Assembly: GCA_014728085.1 (NCBI GenBank)
Contig: WJMF01000069.1
Coordinates: 25,318 to 89,317, forward strand
Reading direction: 5' to 3'
DNA: 64,000 bases
DNA from: Candidatus Zhuqueibacterota bacterium
GTDB lineage: Bacteria; Zhuqueibacterota; Zhuqueibacteria; Residuimicrobiales; Oceaniaggregativiventaceae
The notes beneath the pieces are model-generated. The model made no database searches. It was not told the DNA's origin and saw only the letters and a list, made by a program, of their open reading frames with translations. Numbering within the stretch: position 1 is the stretch's first letter; each line of letters begins with the position of its first letter. Below, in pieces: positions 20,140 through 30,475 of this stretch. The position numbers were made by a program, and so were the translations under genes.

Positions 20140-21136
20140 ACAGCTCGGCTGGGATGATTTCTTTGTGCAACAGATTCCTGCAAAGGATTTCGACCTGGTT
20201 GGCCGAATTTGCTCTGAATTTAAAAAAACCTACAAAGTATTATCTGATCAGGGTGAGTTTGAAGCGGTCATCCCCGGGAAATTTTACCATAATAGCCGGA
20301 ATAAAAATCTTCCGGTGGTCGGAGACTGGGTTTTGGGTAAAAACATAAACGATAATCAAATCGTCATTACACACCTCCTCCCGAGAAAAAATAAATTTTC
20401 CCGTAAAATTAAAGGACACGGCCTTGAAGAACAGGTCATAGCTGCCAATTTAGATTATATTTTTATCGTTTCCGGATTGGATGATGAATTTAACGTGCGC
20501 AGAATAGAGAGGTATATCCTCCAGTCGCAAAAAAGCAGTGCCCAACCCGTTCTGATATTGAACAAAGTGGATATTGACGACAATATCAAAAGCAAGAGAG
20601 CCGCAATCCATAAATCATTTAAAAATACTCCTTCATTATTTATCAGCGCTCTAAAAAATAAAGGACTCTCGCAGATCAAAAAGCTGTTAAAAGATGGCAA
20701 AACCGGGGCCCTGTTGGGGTCTTCAGGCGTAGGGAAAAGCACGATAATAAATCGATTGATGAACAAAAACATTCAAAAAACAGCCGATCATAAGGGAAAA
20801 TTTAGTCACGGCACACATATTACCACCCGCCGGGAGCTTTTTCTGTTACCTTCCGGTGGAATTTTGATCGACACTCCGGGCATGAGGGAACTACAGCTTT
20901 GGGAGGGAGAAGAGAGTATTCAAACAGCCTTTCATGATATCACAGAACTGGCACAACACTGCCGCTTTATGGATTGCAATCATCGACAAGAACCCGGTTG
21001 TGCGGTTAAAAAAGCAATTGAAAACGGAGAAATCGATTCGGAACGGCTTGATCACTTTATAAAGCTGAAAGAGGAAATTGATGAAACCCAAAAAGGGATT
21101 CAGTGGCATTCAAAACCGAAAAGAAAGCGGCGTTAA
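20129..21136 (+). CDS. rsgA: Ribosome small subunit-dependent GTPase A
   Basis: VVGDWV, NKVD, GSSGVGKS, DTPGMRE, C-terminal CRFMDCNH..EPGC zinc finger. Confidence 0.93.
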   Translation: MTLEQLGWDDFFVQQIPAKDFDLVGRICSEFKKTYKVLSDQGEFEAVIPGKFYHNSRNKNLPVVGDWVLGKNINDNQIVITHLLPRKNKFSRKIKGHGLEEQVIAANLDYIFIVSGLDDEFNVRRIERYILQSQKSSAQPVLILNKVDIDDNIKSKRAAIHKSFKNTPSLFISALKNKGLSQIKKLLKDGKTGALLGSSGVGKSTIINRLMNKNIQKTADHKGKFSHGTHITTRRELFLLPSGGILIDTPGMRELQLWEGEESIQTAFHDITELAQHCRFMDCNHRQEPGCAVKKAIENGEIDSERLDHFIKLKEEIDETQKGIQWHSKPKRKRR

Positions 21137-21259
21137 GCGTATTCCTGTTTTACCGCTCGGAAGGATAAATCATGTAGGAACATATTTGAATAATTTTTGT
21201 TATAACTATTGAATAATCTTTTTTTTTGACGTATCTTTTTTGTTTAATTTAAGAAAGCA

Positions 21260-21679
21260 ATGATAGAATCTGGCACCATAATTTCTATAGAGAATGAACT
21301 CGCCACGGTCAAGATACACCGTGGGGAAAAGTGTGAGAGTTGTCATCTGTGTGATTCTTTTGGTTCCAACGAGATGAACCTGGTTGCCCTTAATCAAGCC
21401 GGAGCAGGTATTGGGGACATTGTTGATATTAAAGTAGAACCCGAAAAAGTGATCAAGCACTCGCTTTTAATCTTCATCCTGCCGATTATAGCTATGATTT
21501 TTGGTTATTGGATCGGTATAACCCTGGTCCCGGAAGCAAGCGGTGAAGGAAGTGGAATACTGGGGGCTTTTATTGCGTTGCTCCTTGTCTTTATAATCAT
21601 CCGGCTTTATAATCATCACTATTCAAGAAATGAAAAATGTGCTGCAAAAATAATAGGATTCTCAAGTGACCATTCATAA
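21260..21679 (+). CDS. RseC/MucC family protein
   Basis: E.G.I, CESCHLC, A.N..GAGIGD.V, followed by two TM helices. Confidence 0.85.
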   Translation: MIESGTIISIENELATVKIHRGEKCESCHLCDSFGSNEMNLVALNQAGAGIGDIVDIKVEPEKVIKHSLLIFILPIIAMIFGYWIGITLVPEASGEGSGILGAFIALLLVFIIIRLYNHHYSRNEKCAAKIIGFSSDHS

Positions 21680-24600
21680 ATTGATATTTTTGCTTTTCTT
21701 GTTATTTCCGGCAATTCTGGTATTTCCGCAAACCAGTGATATTAAAATCCTGTCTGCCAGGGATAACAGTCTGGTTGTGGAATTTTCACCACAGGAATGG
21801 CAGCAACACACCAAAAAGCTGGACAATAAAACATATTCAAAGTTTGCTTTCAAAGGTGCAGAAATGATGGGCGAGCCCGGATCGCCTCAGATTCCGGTCA
21901 AAGTGTTCACACTGGGAATTCCAGAAAACGCATCCACAGAGATCGAAATTGTCGATTTGACATTCGAAGAAATCAACAATGTTCTACTGTTACCGGTGCC
22001 GTTTTCCTCCAATAAATCTCTTGGCACAGCTTTTAGTTACGTACCTGTACAAAATATTTACGCTTCTGCCGACGCCCTTCCGGCGGATCATGTTGTTACC
22101 GGTGATCCCTTTATTTTCCGCAGCCAAACCGTACAAAAATTGGTTTTGCAACCCCTGCAATTTTTCCCCGCACAAAAAAAGATTAAAAAAATCAACCGGA
22201 TGACCATACGAATAGGGTTTTCAAATCACTATAGCCGTTCGTTCCAGCCGATGAAAGATGAACACTTTTATCAGAACCTGCTGAATTATGAACAAGCAAA
22301 AAAATGGCGCCACAGTCAACCCAGACCCAAACGTTCCACCTATAAACTGGACCCCGATGCCTGGTACAAGCTCACCATCCAGGGTGATGGAAGCGGTGGA
22401 AAAGAAGGGATTTACAAGGTTACGGCATCCCAACTGCAAGACGCCGGTATACCTGTCGGTTCCATAGACCCCCGCACCCTGCAGCTCTATAACAATGGTG
22501 GTAAACCCTTGCCCGTGGACATCAGCATACCACGCCCGGATAGTTTGATCGAAAACCCAATCCAGGTTGTTGGTGAAGAAGACGGCGCCCTGAATGCCGG
22601 CGATTATATTCTGTTCTACGGACGATCTCTTGAAGGTGTGGAATACAATCAGAGTATAGGGGAATACGATCATTATATTAATCCCTATTCCCATGAAAAT
22701 GTATACTGGCTGACCTTTGGTAAGGGTGCCGGTAAAAGAATCGCAAAACGCCCCTCTCTGTCTACCGAGGGTCTCACCCCCGAACCCGGTTTTCGTCAAA
22801 CTGTTTTTTGGGAACAGGAAAAGCATAATATCTTCGGTTCCGGCAGAGACTGGTTTGGATATCAAATGGGTAAAATCCAAAAATCATTTACCCACACCTT
22901 CGAGACCCCTGATGCGACGGCAGATGACAGTACAGTTGTCCGGTTTCAATTAGCGGTTGTCACCAACGGTCTGCATCCCTTTCGCTTTTTTGTGAACGAG
23001 ACCTTTCTTTCCGAAACCAGTATCCGGGGATACTCCACCAGGAACAACTATAATTATGTTCTGGACGATGTAACCTTGAGCAAGCAGAGCCTCATAGACC
23101 GCGATCAAAGCAATCTGGTGATCGAATACCCCGTGGAATCGGATTTATTCATCTCCTACGTCGATTGGGTAGAGATAGAATACGACCGTCAGTTTATCGC
23201 CAAAGATGAACAGCTTGTTTTTACCAGTCCGCCGGAAAACAAAATTGCACATTATCAAATCGAGGGCTTTGCCGGCAATAATATTCGCATCCTCGATATT
23301 TCAGATATTTCTTCCATTGAAGAAATCGAAAACACCCTCATTCAGAACAAAAATGTATCGTTCGCCGAGCAGGCGACCGATTTGGTTCCGACAAAATATA
23401 TTGCCTTTACCCCGGCTGCCTATCGTTCTGTATCCGCAATTGAAAGAGAAGACAGAACGGATTTGCGCTCTGCCCGCTCTGCGGATTATATCATCATTAC
23501 GCACGAAAAGTTTATTCAACAGGCACAAGAGTTGGCAAGTCTGAGAGAGACTTATTCAACTCAACGTCTCGAAACACAAGTTGTAACGATTTCTTCAGTT
23601 TTCAATGAATTTGGCTGGGGTATCCCGGATGTGGCTGCCATCAGAGATTTTCTCGCCTGGGCTGACAAACACTGGAATGCTCCCCAATACGTTCTCCTTT
23701 TTGGGGATGGCCACTATGATTACAAAAATATTTTAAACTTCAATACACCAAATCTTATTCCCCCCTTTGAAACCAGAGACCGTCATGAAAATTATTCCAG
23801 AACGTCTGATGATTGGTTTACCTATACGAAAGGAACCACAGCCGGCATGCAGATGGCAATCGGACGGATTCCGGTTCAATCGATTGCTACGGCGCAAGCG
23901 GTTGTGCAAAAAATCATACAATATGAAACAGATGAAAGCTTTGGCGACTGGCGTAAAGTGTTGACCATAATAGGTGATGACGAGCTGGGAGAATATGGTG
24001 AAGAACTTGAGCACACCCGCCAGGCAGAAACACTTGCTGAAAGTCATGTTCCGGCAACTTTTGATATCGAAAAAATTTACCTCATGGAATACCCGCCGGT
24101 TCGTACGGCAAGCACAACAGGAATAACCAAACCAACGGCAACCGAAGATCTTTTACACCGGATTAATCGGGGTACTCTGGTTTTGAACTTTATCGGACAT
24201 GGCAACGACGAACTCTGGACCCATGAACACCTCCTGACCAGAACAGGCGATTTCGACCGTATTCAAAATGAAAATCGCCTTCCTTTAATTGTCGCTGCGA
24301 CTTGCGAATTTGCTTACTGGGATCAACCCCAAAAACAAAGCTTTGCAGAAGATTTACTCAATGTCGCCGGCCGTGGTGCGGTAGGCCTCATCGCCTCCTC
24401 GCGGGCAGCTTTTTCCTCCGACAATGCCGCCTACAACTATGCACTTTATGATAAACTCTTTTCACCCTATCAAAGCAGCGGCATGACCGAAAGGATCGGA
24501 ATGGCCTCTCTGCTGGCAAAACAAAACACATTGAGCCGCGACAACAAGGAAAAATACCATGTTTTGGGTGACCCCACTTTGAGATTACGCGCTCCCCGTT

Positions 24601-25646
24601 ATCGCGCAATTATCGAAACTATCGAGCCGGATACCATCCAGGCCTTGCGGAAAACCAAAGTGACCGGACACATTGAAAAGGATAATGCCCTGTGGAATGA
24701 TTATAATGGCAAAATTTATCTGAGGATTATGGATTCCAAAAACAGGAAAACCTATGAAACAGAAGGAGGCTTGTCAATAAGCTACCTGCTACCCGGCAAT
24801 GGACTCTTTCGCGGCAGCGCTGATGTTGAAAATGGACACTTTGCGGCGGATTTTATCGTCCCCAAAGACATATCCTATGGAGGATCGCAAGGCAAAATCA
24901 GCGTCTATTTCTGGAATCAGTCGGCAGAAGGAACCGGTTATAGAGAAAAATTGATGGTCGGGGGTACAGCAAAAAACCTGATCGATCATACCGGCCCCTA
25001 CATACGTGCCTATTTTCATCAACCCAATTTTTCTGCTGGAGATTATATACGTCCCAGCGATACTTTGCATGTAGAAATCAGCGATTCTCTCAGCGGTATC
25101 AATATTACCGGTGAAATCGGCCACCAAATCAACATGACCTTTGACAATGATATCTTGAATTCGAGAAATATTACCGATTTTTTTGAATATGATCCAAACA
25201 GTTATATTACCGGGAAAATACACTATCCGCTCTATAATCTCTCCCTGGGTAAGCATCAGGTGGAAATTAAAGCATGGGACAATTCGAACAACTCTTCTAT
25301 CTATGAAACCTGGTTTACCGTTGTTGAAGATTCAATCCTGAAAATCCGCGACCTGCTAACCTACCCGAATCCGATGACAGAAGAAACAGCGTTTTGTTTT
25401 GAAATCACTCAGGATGCAAACGTATCGATCAAGGTATTCAGCCTGGCAGGAAGGCTATTAAAAACATTTCATCCAGTTTATACTCAGGCCGGCTATAACG
25501 TTCTGCCCGAACGCTGGGACGGCACAGACGAGGAAGGTGACTATCTCGCCAATGGTGTCTATCTCTATAAATTAACCGCAAAATCATCCTGGGAAGGCAA
25601 GGAGCATAAAATCAACAAAATCGGAAAAGTCATTATCGCACGTTAG
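21666..25646 (+). CDS. porU: Type IX secretion system sortase PorU (peptidase C25)
   Basis: Signal peptide, C25 propeptide (GEPGSPQIPV), GIYKVT..L, LFGDGHYDYKN, SDDWF, IGRIPV, FIGHG (His), ATCEF (Cys), LGDP, VPKDISY, KAWD..NN, YPNP CTD. Confidence 0.9.
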   Translation: MTIHKLIFLLFLLFPAILVFPQTSDIKILSARDNSLVVEFSPQEWQQHTKKLDNKTYSKFAFKGAEMMGEPGSPQIPVKVFTLGIPENASTEIEIVDLTFEEINNVLLLPVPFSSNKSLGTAFSYVPVQNIYASADALPADHVVTGDPFIFRSQTVQKLVLQPLQFFPAQKKIKKINRMTIRIGFSNHYSRSFQPMKDEHFYQNLLNYEQAKKWRHSQPRPKRSTYKLDPDAWYKLTIQGDGSGGKEGIYKVTASQLQDAGIPVGSIDPRTLQLYNNGGKPLPVDISIPRPDSLIENPIQVVGEEDGALNAGDYILFYGRSLEGVEYNQSIGEYDHYINPYSHENVYWLTFGKGAGKRIAKRPSLSTEGLTPEPGFRQTVFWEQEKHNIFGSGRDWFGYQMGKIQKSFTHTFETPDATADDSTVVRFQLAVVTNGLHPFRFFVNETFLSETSIRGYSTRNNYNYVLDDVTLSKQSLIDRDQSNLVIEYPVESDLFISYVDWVEIEYDRQFIAKDEQLVFTSPPENKIAHYQIEGFAGNNIRILDISDISSIEEIENTLIQNKNVSFAEQATDLVPTKYIAFTPAAYRSVSAIEREDRTDLRSARSADYIIITHEKFIQQAQELASLRETYSTQRLETQVVTISSVFNEFGWGIPDVAAIRDFLAWADKHWNAPQYVLLFGDGHYDYKNILNFNTPNLIPPFETRDRHENYSRTSDDWFTYTKGTTAGMQMAIGRIPVQSIATAQAVVQKIIQYETDESFGDWRKVLTIIGDDELGEYGEELEHTRQAETLAESHVPATFDIEKIYLMEYPPVRTASTTGITKPTATEDLLHRINRGTLVLNFIGHGNDELWTHEHLLTRTGDFDRIQNENRLPLIVAATCEFAYWDQPQKQSFAEDLLNVAGRGAVGLIASSRAAFSSDNAAYNYALYDKLFSPYQSSGMTERIGMASLLAKQNTLSRDNKEKYHVLGDPTLRLRAPRYRAIIETIEPDTIQALRKTKVTGHIEKDNALWNDYNGKIYLRIMDSKNRKTYETEGGLSISYLLPGNGLFRGSADVENGHFAADFIVPKDISYGGSQGKISVYFWNQSAEGTGYREKLMVGGTAKNLIDHTGPYIRAYFHQPNFSAGDYIRPSDTLHVEISDSLSGINITGEIGHQINMTFDNDILNSRNITDFFEYDPNSYITGKIHYPLYNLSLGKHQVEIKAWDNSNNSSIYETWFTVVEDSILKIRDLLTYPNPMTEETAFCFEITQDANVSIKVFSLAGRLLKTFHPVYTQAGYNVLPERWDGTDEEGDYLANGVYLYKLTAKSSWEGKEHKINKIGKVIIAR

Positions 25647-26736
25647 CCCCTGATGTTAAGACGTGCTGAATCTCATGCAAAAACCGCCTTTTGGCGGTTT
25701 GTACCCACCGCAGATAAGCTTCATAGCTAATATTCCGGGACAAGGCGTCATCAATACTTTCCCGGTCGAATCGATTCGCCGCCCTGCCCAGTTTCGCATT
25801 ATCATTTAAATCATATGCATTGATAATCTGATCATAGTGCTTTGAAACCGGAATGACCACGATCGGTTTTTTCAAACAAAGCGCCTCACAGGCAGTTTCA
25901 AATCCTCCGGTGGTGATTACAGCTTTTGAAGTGGCCATGGCCTCTAAAAATCGATCGCCATTTAACTGATAAAAGATTACATTTTCAAGAGCTTCAAGTC
26001 TCTCCGGTACTTTTGACCGATCCCAAAAACATATACTCTTCAGATCGGGGTTTTTTTGATGAAGCGAAATGATATCGCGGCTATAGCCATCATTCAGGAT
26101 ATAAAAGAGATAATGACTGTAATTCCGAACGGATAATTTCAGGATATAATCGCGCAACAAAGGAGGCATAACCACAATCTTCTTGTGGCGACCACCGGAT
26201 AAGGGATAAAACGAAAGCGCTAAAAGCCGTTCTGCCCCGATTGCTGTAATTCGTGTAACCATTTTTGCCGCCCATTTGTTTATTGCCCTACCCGGAGGAA
26301 ATCGGAAACCAGGATGAAGGAATAAATACTGATGCCCGACACAAATAACAGGACTTTGCGGCCGGTATAACAACGAATAAAAGCCCGCAAGCGGCTCAAA
26401 AAAATTGATGATAATATCCGGGCGTGTCCTTTGTACCGTTTTTTGCATACAGCGTACGGACTTGATATAACGACCGATTTGCCAACATGTGGACAATAAA
26501 GAAACAAAGGCTTTAATCGAACGGTTTTGTGAATCCCGAATATAATTTGGACTGTCGTAATAGACAAGAGTTGTATTTATTTTTTTAATAAAATAGTCGG
26601 GAATCGTTCTTTGCGGACTCTGTCCGGTCATGACGCCGACAAGCTTGTGCCCTGCGGCGTTTAAAATTTCCTGTAATGCCAGCGCCTGTGTCAGATGACC
26701 TCTGCCCTCGCCCTGTACAATGAATAAAAATTTCAT
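25633..26736 (-). CDS. GT-B glycosyltransferase (MJ1255/VC2487-like)
   Basis: MKFLFIVQGEGRGHLTQA, PDIIINFFEP, GHQY, TTGGFET..EA...KP; start ATG 26736. Confidence 0.85.
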   Translation of the reverse strand: MKFLFIVQGEGRGHLTQALALQEILNAAGHKLVGVMTGQSPQRTIPDYFIKKINTTLVYYDSPNYIRDSQNRSIKAFVSLLSTCWQIGRYIKSVRCMQKTVQRTRPDIIINFFEPLAGFYSLLYRPQSPVICVGHQYLFLHPGFRFPPGRAINKWAAKMVTRITAIGAERLLALSFYPLSGGRHKKIVVMPPLLRDYILKLSVRNYSHYLFYILNDGYSRDIISLHQKNPDLKSICFWDRSKVPERLEALENVIFYQLNGDRFLEAMATSKAVITTGGFETACEALCLKKPIVVIPVSKHYDQIINAYDLNDNAKLGRAANRFDRESIDDALSRNISYEAYLRWVQTAKRRFLHEIQHVLTSGANVR

Positions 26737-26923
26737 CTCTTTTTTCAAAAGTCCGAAACCTATACAACTAAAACAAACTTGACAAATAAATTGATTGATA
26801 AATCGGGATCTATTCATTATATATTAATATCTTGTCAGATCGGAATCTCATCTGACCGCTATGCCCTATCCGTTTGAATCTCTCGGGTCCGAAACGAAAT
26901 ACCACGAAGGAATAGTTTACTCG

Positions 26924-28528
26924 ATGTATTTTGATCCGGTAATTTTTAAATATGCTTCTATATTGGCAATATTCCTCTTATATGCTGAAATTCACTTTCG
27001 TGTAAAGGGATTATTCAATCGTTTATTTGTAAAAGAACCTGAAATGATAGCGGACATTCCGCATCGCATTCAACCCGGAAAAGCTATCCCCATTTTAATT
27101 CTTATAAACGATGCCCATCTCTACCCGATCACCTTGCTTACCATCGATATCAATATAAGCATAATGGATAAAAAATATCACAAAAGATTCAGGTATTGTG
27201 AATTCATCGATCAGCCTTTGGTGTATGAAATTCTTTATTTCAATCTCCCGAAGCGCCGTTTGACAACAGCCCGTATTGACGTCTCCTTTATTTATGAACA
27301 GAATGGCAAACAAAAAATATGTCATAACGATAATTACCGGCACTCCAGCCATGCATCGCTCGAAACCATCATTGATGAACACCCTCTGCCCCGACTGGAA
27401 AACTGGTACTATGGTGACCTTCATTATCACAGTTACTATACACGCGACCAGGTAGAATTCGGCGCACCGATAGAGGTTGCCAGAATCATGGCCGAAGCTA
27501 TGGGATTGCATTTTATCGGCTGTACTGATCATTCTTATGATCTGGATGATCAGCGGGAAAACTATCTGCAAAACGATCCCGAATTATCCAAGTGGACTGA
27601 CTTGTGGCGGAGTATAGAAATGCTTAACCGAAATAATAATTCGTTCGTTGTTCTCGCCGGGGAAGAACTTTCTGTCGGCAACCACTATAAAAAAAATGTA
27701 CATATGCTCATTTTCAACAACAAATCCTTCATTCATGGATCGGGCGACGGTGCTGAGAAATGGTTCGCCAATACACCGGAAAACCAGATACCCTCAGTAC
27801 TGGAAACCCTGGACAATGAAGCCCTGGCATTTAGCGCTCATTCGGCTACTCTGCCTCCGCTTTCACAGCGCCTGCTGATTAACCGTGGGAAATGGAGTCG
27901 TATAGATCACAGTTATCCTCGCTTAAACGGTCTCCAATTCTGGAATGGCCATAACATGAAATCTTTTAAAAAAGGCAAAGAAAGCTGGGTTCAACTATTA
28001 CTCCTGGGACACAAAAAAACCATAATAGCCGGAAATGACGCCCATGGTAATTTTAGTCGATTTCGGCAAATACATATACCGTTTTTTTCCTTAAAGGAGA
28101 ATGAACACGAAATATTCGGAGGTGTAAAAACCGCGATCTTGACAAAAAACCCGCTGTCAAGAGCAACTCTCGTGAAAGCGCTCAAGCTGGGGCGAACAGT
28201 AATAACGGATGGACCCTTTGCATATTTTGAGCTGCAAAAGGGAAAGAGGATCTTTCACCTCGGTGACAAGTTTCCCCATAAGACCGGTATCCTCAGGATC
28301 CGGGGAAAATCAACTCCGGCTTTCGGAATGATCAAATCCGTTGCCCTTTTTGTCGGCGATTGTGATGAAAAAAAAGAAAAATGTTATTATTATCCGGCAG
28401 ACACCTATGAACTCGAGCATCTTGAGGAGATCGACACCCTGCCGGGAAATGGCTATATTCGGCTCGAGGTTCTCACGACCCTTAACCGCCAATTACTCAG
28501 CAATCCAATCTATCTCGGCCAGGACTAG
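26924..28528 (+). CDS. PHP-type metallohydrolase (CehA/McbA-like) with N-terminal extension
   Basis: WYYGDLHYHS, TDHS, GEELS, FSAH, QFWNG, AGNDAHG, G...ITDGP, SNPI. Confidence 0.8.
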   Translation: MYFDPVIFKYASILAIFLLYAEIHFRVKGLFNRLFVKEPEMIADIPHRIQPGKAIPILILINDAHLYPITLLTIDINISIMDKKYHKRFRYCEFIDQPLVYEILYFNLPKRRLTTARIDVSFIYEQNGKQKICHNDNYRHSSHASLETIIDEHPLPRLENWYYGDLHYHSYYTRDQVEFGAPIEVARIMAEAMGLHFIGCTDHSYDLDDQRENYLQNDPELSKWTDLWRSIEMLNRNNNSFVVLAGEELSVGNHYKKNVHMLIFNNKSFIHGSGDGAEKWFANTPENQIPSVLETLDNEALAFSAHSATLPPLSQRLLINRGKWSRIDHSYPRLNGLQFWNGHNMKSFKKGKESWVQLLLLGHKKTIIAGNDAHGNFSRFRQIHIPFFSLKENEHEIFGGVKTAILTKNPLSRATLVKALKLGRTVITDGPFAYFELQKGKRIFHLGDKFPHKTGILRIRGKSTPAFGMIKSVALFVGDCDEKKEKCYYYPADTYELEHLEEIDTLPGNGYIRLEVLTTLNRQLLSNPIYLGQD

Positions 28529-29001
28529 ATCAATTTTATTTTTTTAAATATCCGTTTCAATCCTCGACCAAAGACATTGGGCTTTATCTCGACATGCCGT
28601 TCATATCCTTCACCCTCGCTTGCAGAGGTGATCAGATCGTTTCCTTTTAAAAAATCATGAATAATAAACCGTTCATAACTGCTCATATGAGGTAAAACCA
28701 CTGTCTCGCCATTATCAATGGCAAGCTGGGCCTTTTCTTCGGCATACTTTCGCAGATTTCCGACAGGATATATTTTTAATTCGTGAACGTCTCCACGACG
28801 ATAGGTTTTTGTGACAATATCAGGATCATGATCAAAATGCCTGTGAACCAGTTTACGTTCAAACGCATTTAACTCGGAAAGCGTAATCGGAACGATTGAA
28901 CCATCCAATTCCTTTTTTATCTTTTCAATTAAATTTTTTATCTTTATATCGTCCTGTCGATCATTAAATCTTCTATGATCTGATTTTCTATTTCTTTCCA
29001 C
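28525..29001 (-). CDS. Tandem R3H-domain protein
   Basis: LNAFERKLVH and MSSYERFIIH (two RxxxH motifs), SEGEG.ERHVEI as in Jag/KhpB R3H. Confidence 0.8.
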   Translation of the reverse strand: MERNRKSDHRRFNDRQDDIKIKNLIEKIKKELDGSIVPITLSELNAFERKLVHRHFDHDPDIVTKTYRRGDVHELKIYPVGNLRKYAEEKAQLAIDNGETVVLPHMSSYERFIIHDFLKGNDLITSASEGEGYERHVEIKPNVFGRGLKRIFKKIKLI

Positions 29002-29042
29002 TTCTATTTTTTCCTTTCCAGTTATTTCAACTTGTAATCTGT

Positions 29043-30461
29043 CTATTGTTTATCCAGATCGATTAATTTTTCATGAATCCCCCCAAAACCGCCATTGCTA
29101 AACGTAATGAGCACGTCGTTTTCTTCGATATGCCTTTTTACATATTGAACGATTTCATCAATACTTTGAAAATTCTGCACCGTTCTGTGCTCGCTGTTCA
29201 GGTCCTGCACAAGTTTTTCTATTGAAAGTATTTGACCTGCCGGCGCTTTGTCCGGTCGATGAATCGGCGCCAGTAAAATCACATCAGCAACCTGCAGTGC
29301 CTCTGCGAGCTCTCTTTGAAAAATATTCCTTCGCATTGTAGCAGACCGGGGTTCAAAGAGTGCCCAGATACGACGAGAAGAATACTTTTTTCGAAATCCC
29401 GAAAGGGTTTCCCGAATGGCAGTCGGATGATGACCAAAATCATCATATAGCTCTGCACTTTTAACCAACCCTTTAAATTCCAATCGTCTTTTAATTCCGG
29501 CAAAACAAGAAAGCGCTCTCAATATCTCATTACGTTTTATACCCTCATGATGCGAAACGGCAATGGCTGCCAAAATATTGCGGACATTGTGCTCCCCGCT
29601 TAAAGTCGTTTTCACACGTCCCCAAAAATCTCCCTTGTACAGTACATCAAAACGCATACCTTTAACGCCTATGGTAATATCTTCTGCCTTCCAGACAGCA
29701 TGTTGATCTTTTATTGCAAATGTGAGTACAGGGCAAAAAGCCTTTTGACTTATCTCCACAACATTCTGAAAATCAGAACATATAGCTAAAAGTCCATTAC
29801 GCGGTATCAAATTGACAAATCGCTTGAATGCCAATTTAATTTCATCCAACGAATTGTAAATGTCGGCATGGTCGAACTCTAAATGATTGATAATACCTAT
29901 ATCAGGTATATAACGCAGAAATTTCGCCACTTTATCAAAATAGGCAGAATCATATTCGTCTCCCTCTACAATAAAATACTCATCACCTCCTACCTGATAG
30001 CCACGGTCAAAGTTTTTTGGAATACCACCAATTAAAAACCCGGGATTTCTGCCGGCCCTCTGAAAAATCCAGGCCAGCAGCGAACTCGTCGTCGTCTTAC
30101 CATGAGTCCCGGTTACCACCAAAGAGCGTCGACCGCGAATAAAATATTCCCGTAATGCATCCGACAACGAGATATAGGGGATATGATGATCCAGGACATA
30201 TTCAATTTCTTCATTTCCCCGCGATATCACATTGCCGACCACAACCAGATCCGGAGCCGGCTGCAGATTCTTTTGCGAAAATCCCTCAAAAACATCAATA
30301 TTATGTTCTGACAAAAACGTACTCATCGGCGGATAAACATCGGAATCGGAGCCATAGACTTTGTATCCACTCTCTTTTAACATTGCTGCCAGCGAAGCCA
30401 TGGCGGTTCCGCAAATCGCCATAAAATATATACGTTTGGGTTGTTTGTTTGTTTTAATCAC
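29043..30461 (-). CDS. mpl: Murein peptide ligase
   Basis: ICGTAMASLA, VYPPMST, GTHGKTTT, EGDEYDSAYFDK..KF, EFDHADIY, DDFGHHPTAI, FEPRSAT, SNGGFGG. Confidence 0.93.
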   Translation of the reverse strand: MIKTNKQPKRIYFMAICGTAMASLAAMLKESGYKVYGSDSDVYPPMSTFLSEHNIDVFEGFSQKNLQPAPDLVVVGNVISRGNEEIEYVLDHHIPYISLSDALREYFIRGRRSLVVTGTHGKTTTSSLLAWIFQRAGRNPGFLIGGIPKNFDRGYQVGGDEYFIVEGDEYDSAYFDKVAKFLRYIPDIGIINHLEFDHADIYNSLDEIKLAFKRFVNLIPRNGLLAICSDFQNVVEISQKAFCPVLTFAIKDQHAVWKAEDITIGVKGMRFDVLYKGDFWGRVKTTLSGEHNVRNILAAIAVSHHEGIKRNEILRALSCFAGIKRRLEFKGLVKSAELYDDFGHHPTAIRETLSGFRKKYSSRRIWALFEPRSATMRRNIFQRELAEALQVADVILLAPIHRPDKAPAGQILSIEKLVQDLNSEHRTVQNFQSIDEIVQYVKRHIEENDVLITFSNGGFGGIHEKLIDLDKQ

Positions 30462-30475
30462 GTTGTTCTTTCTCT

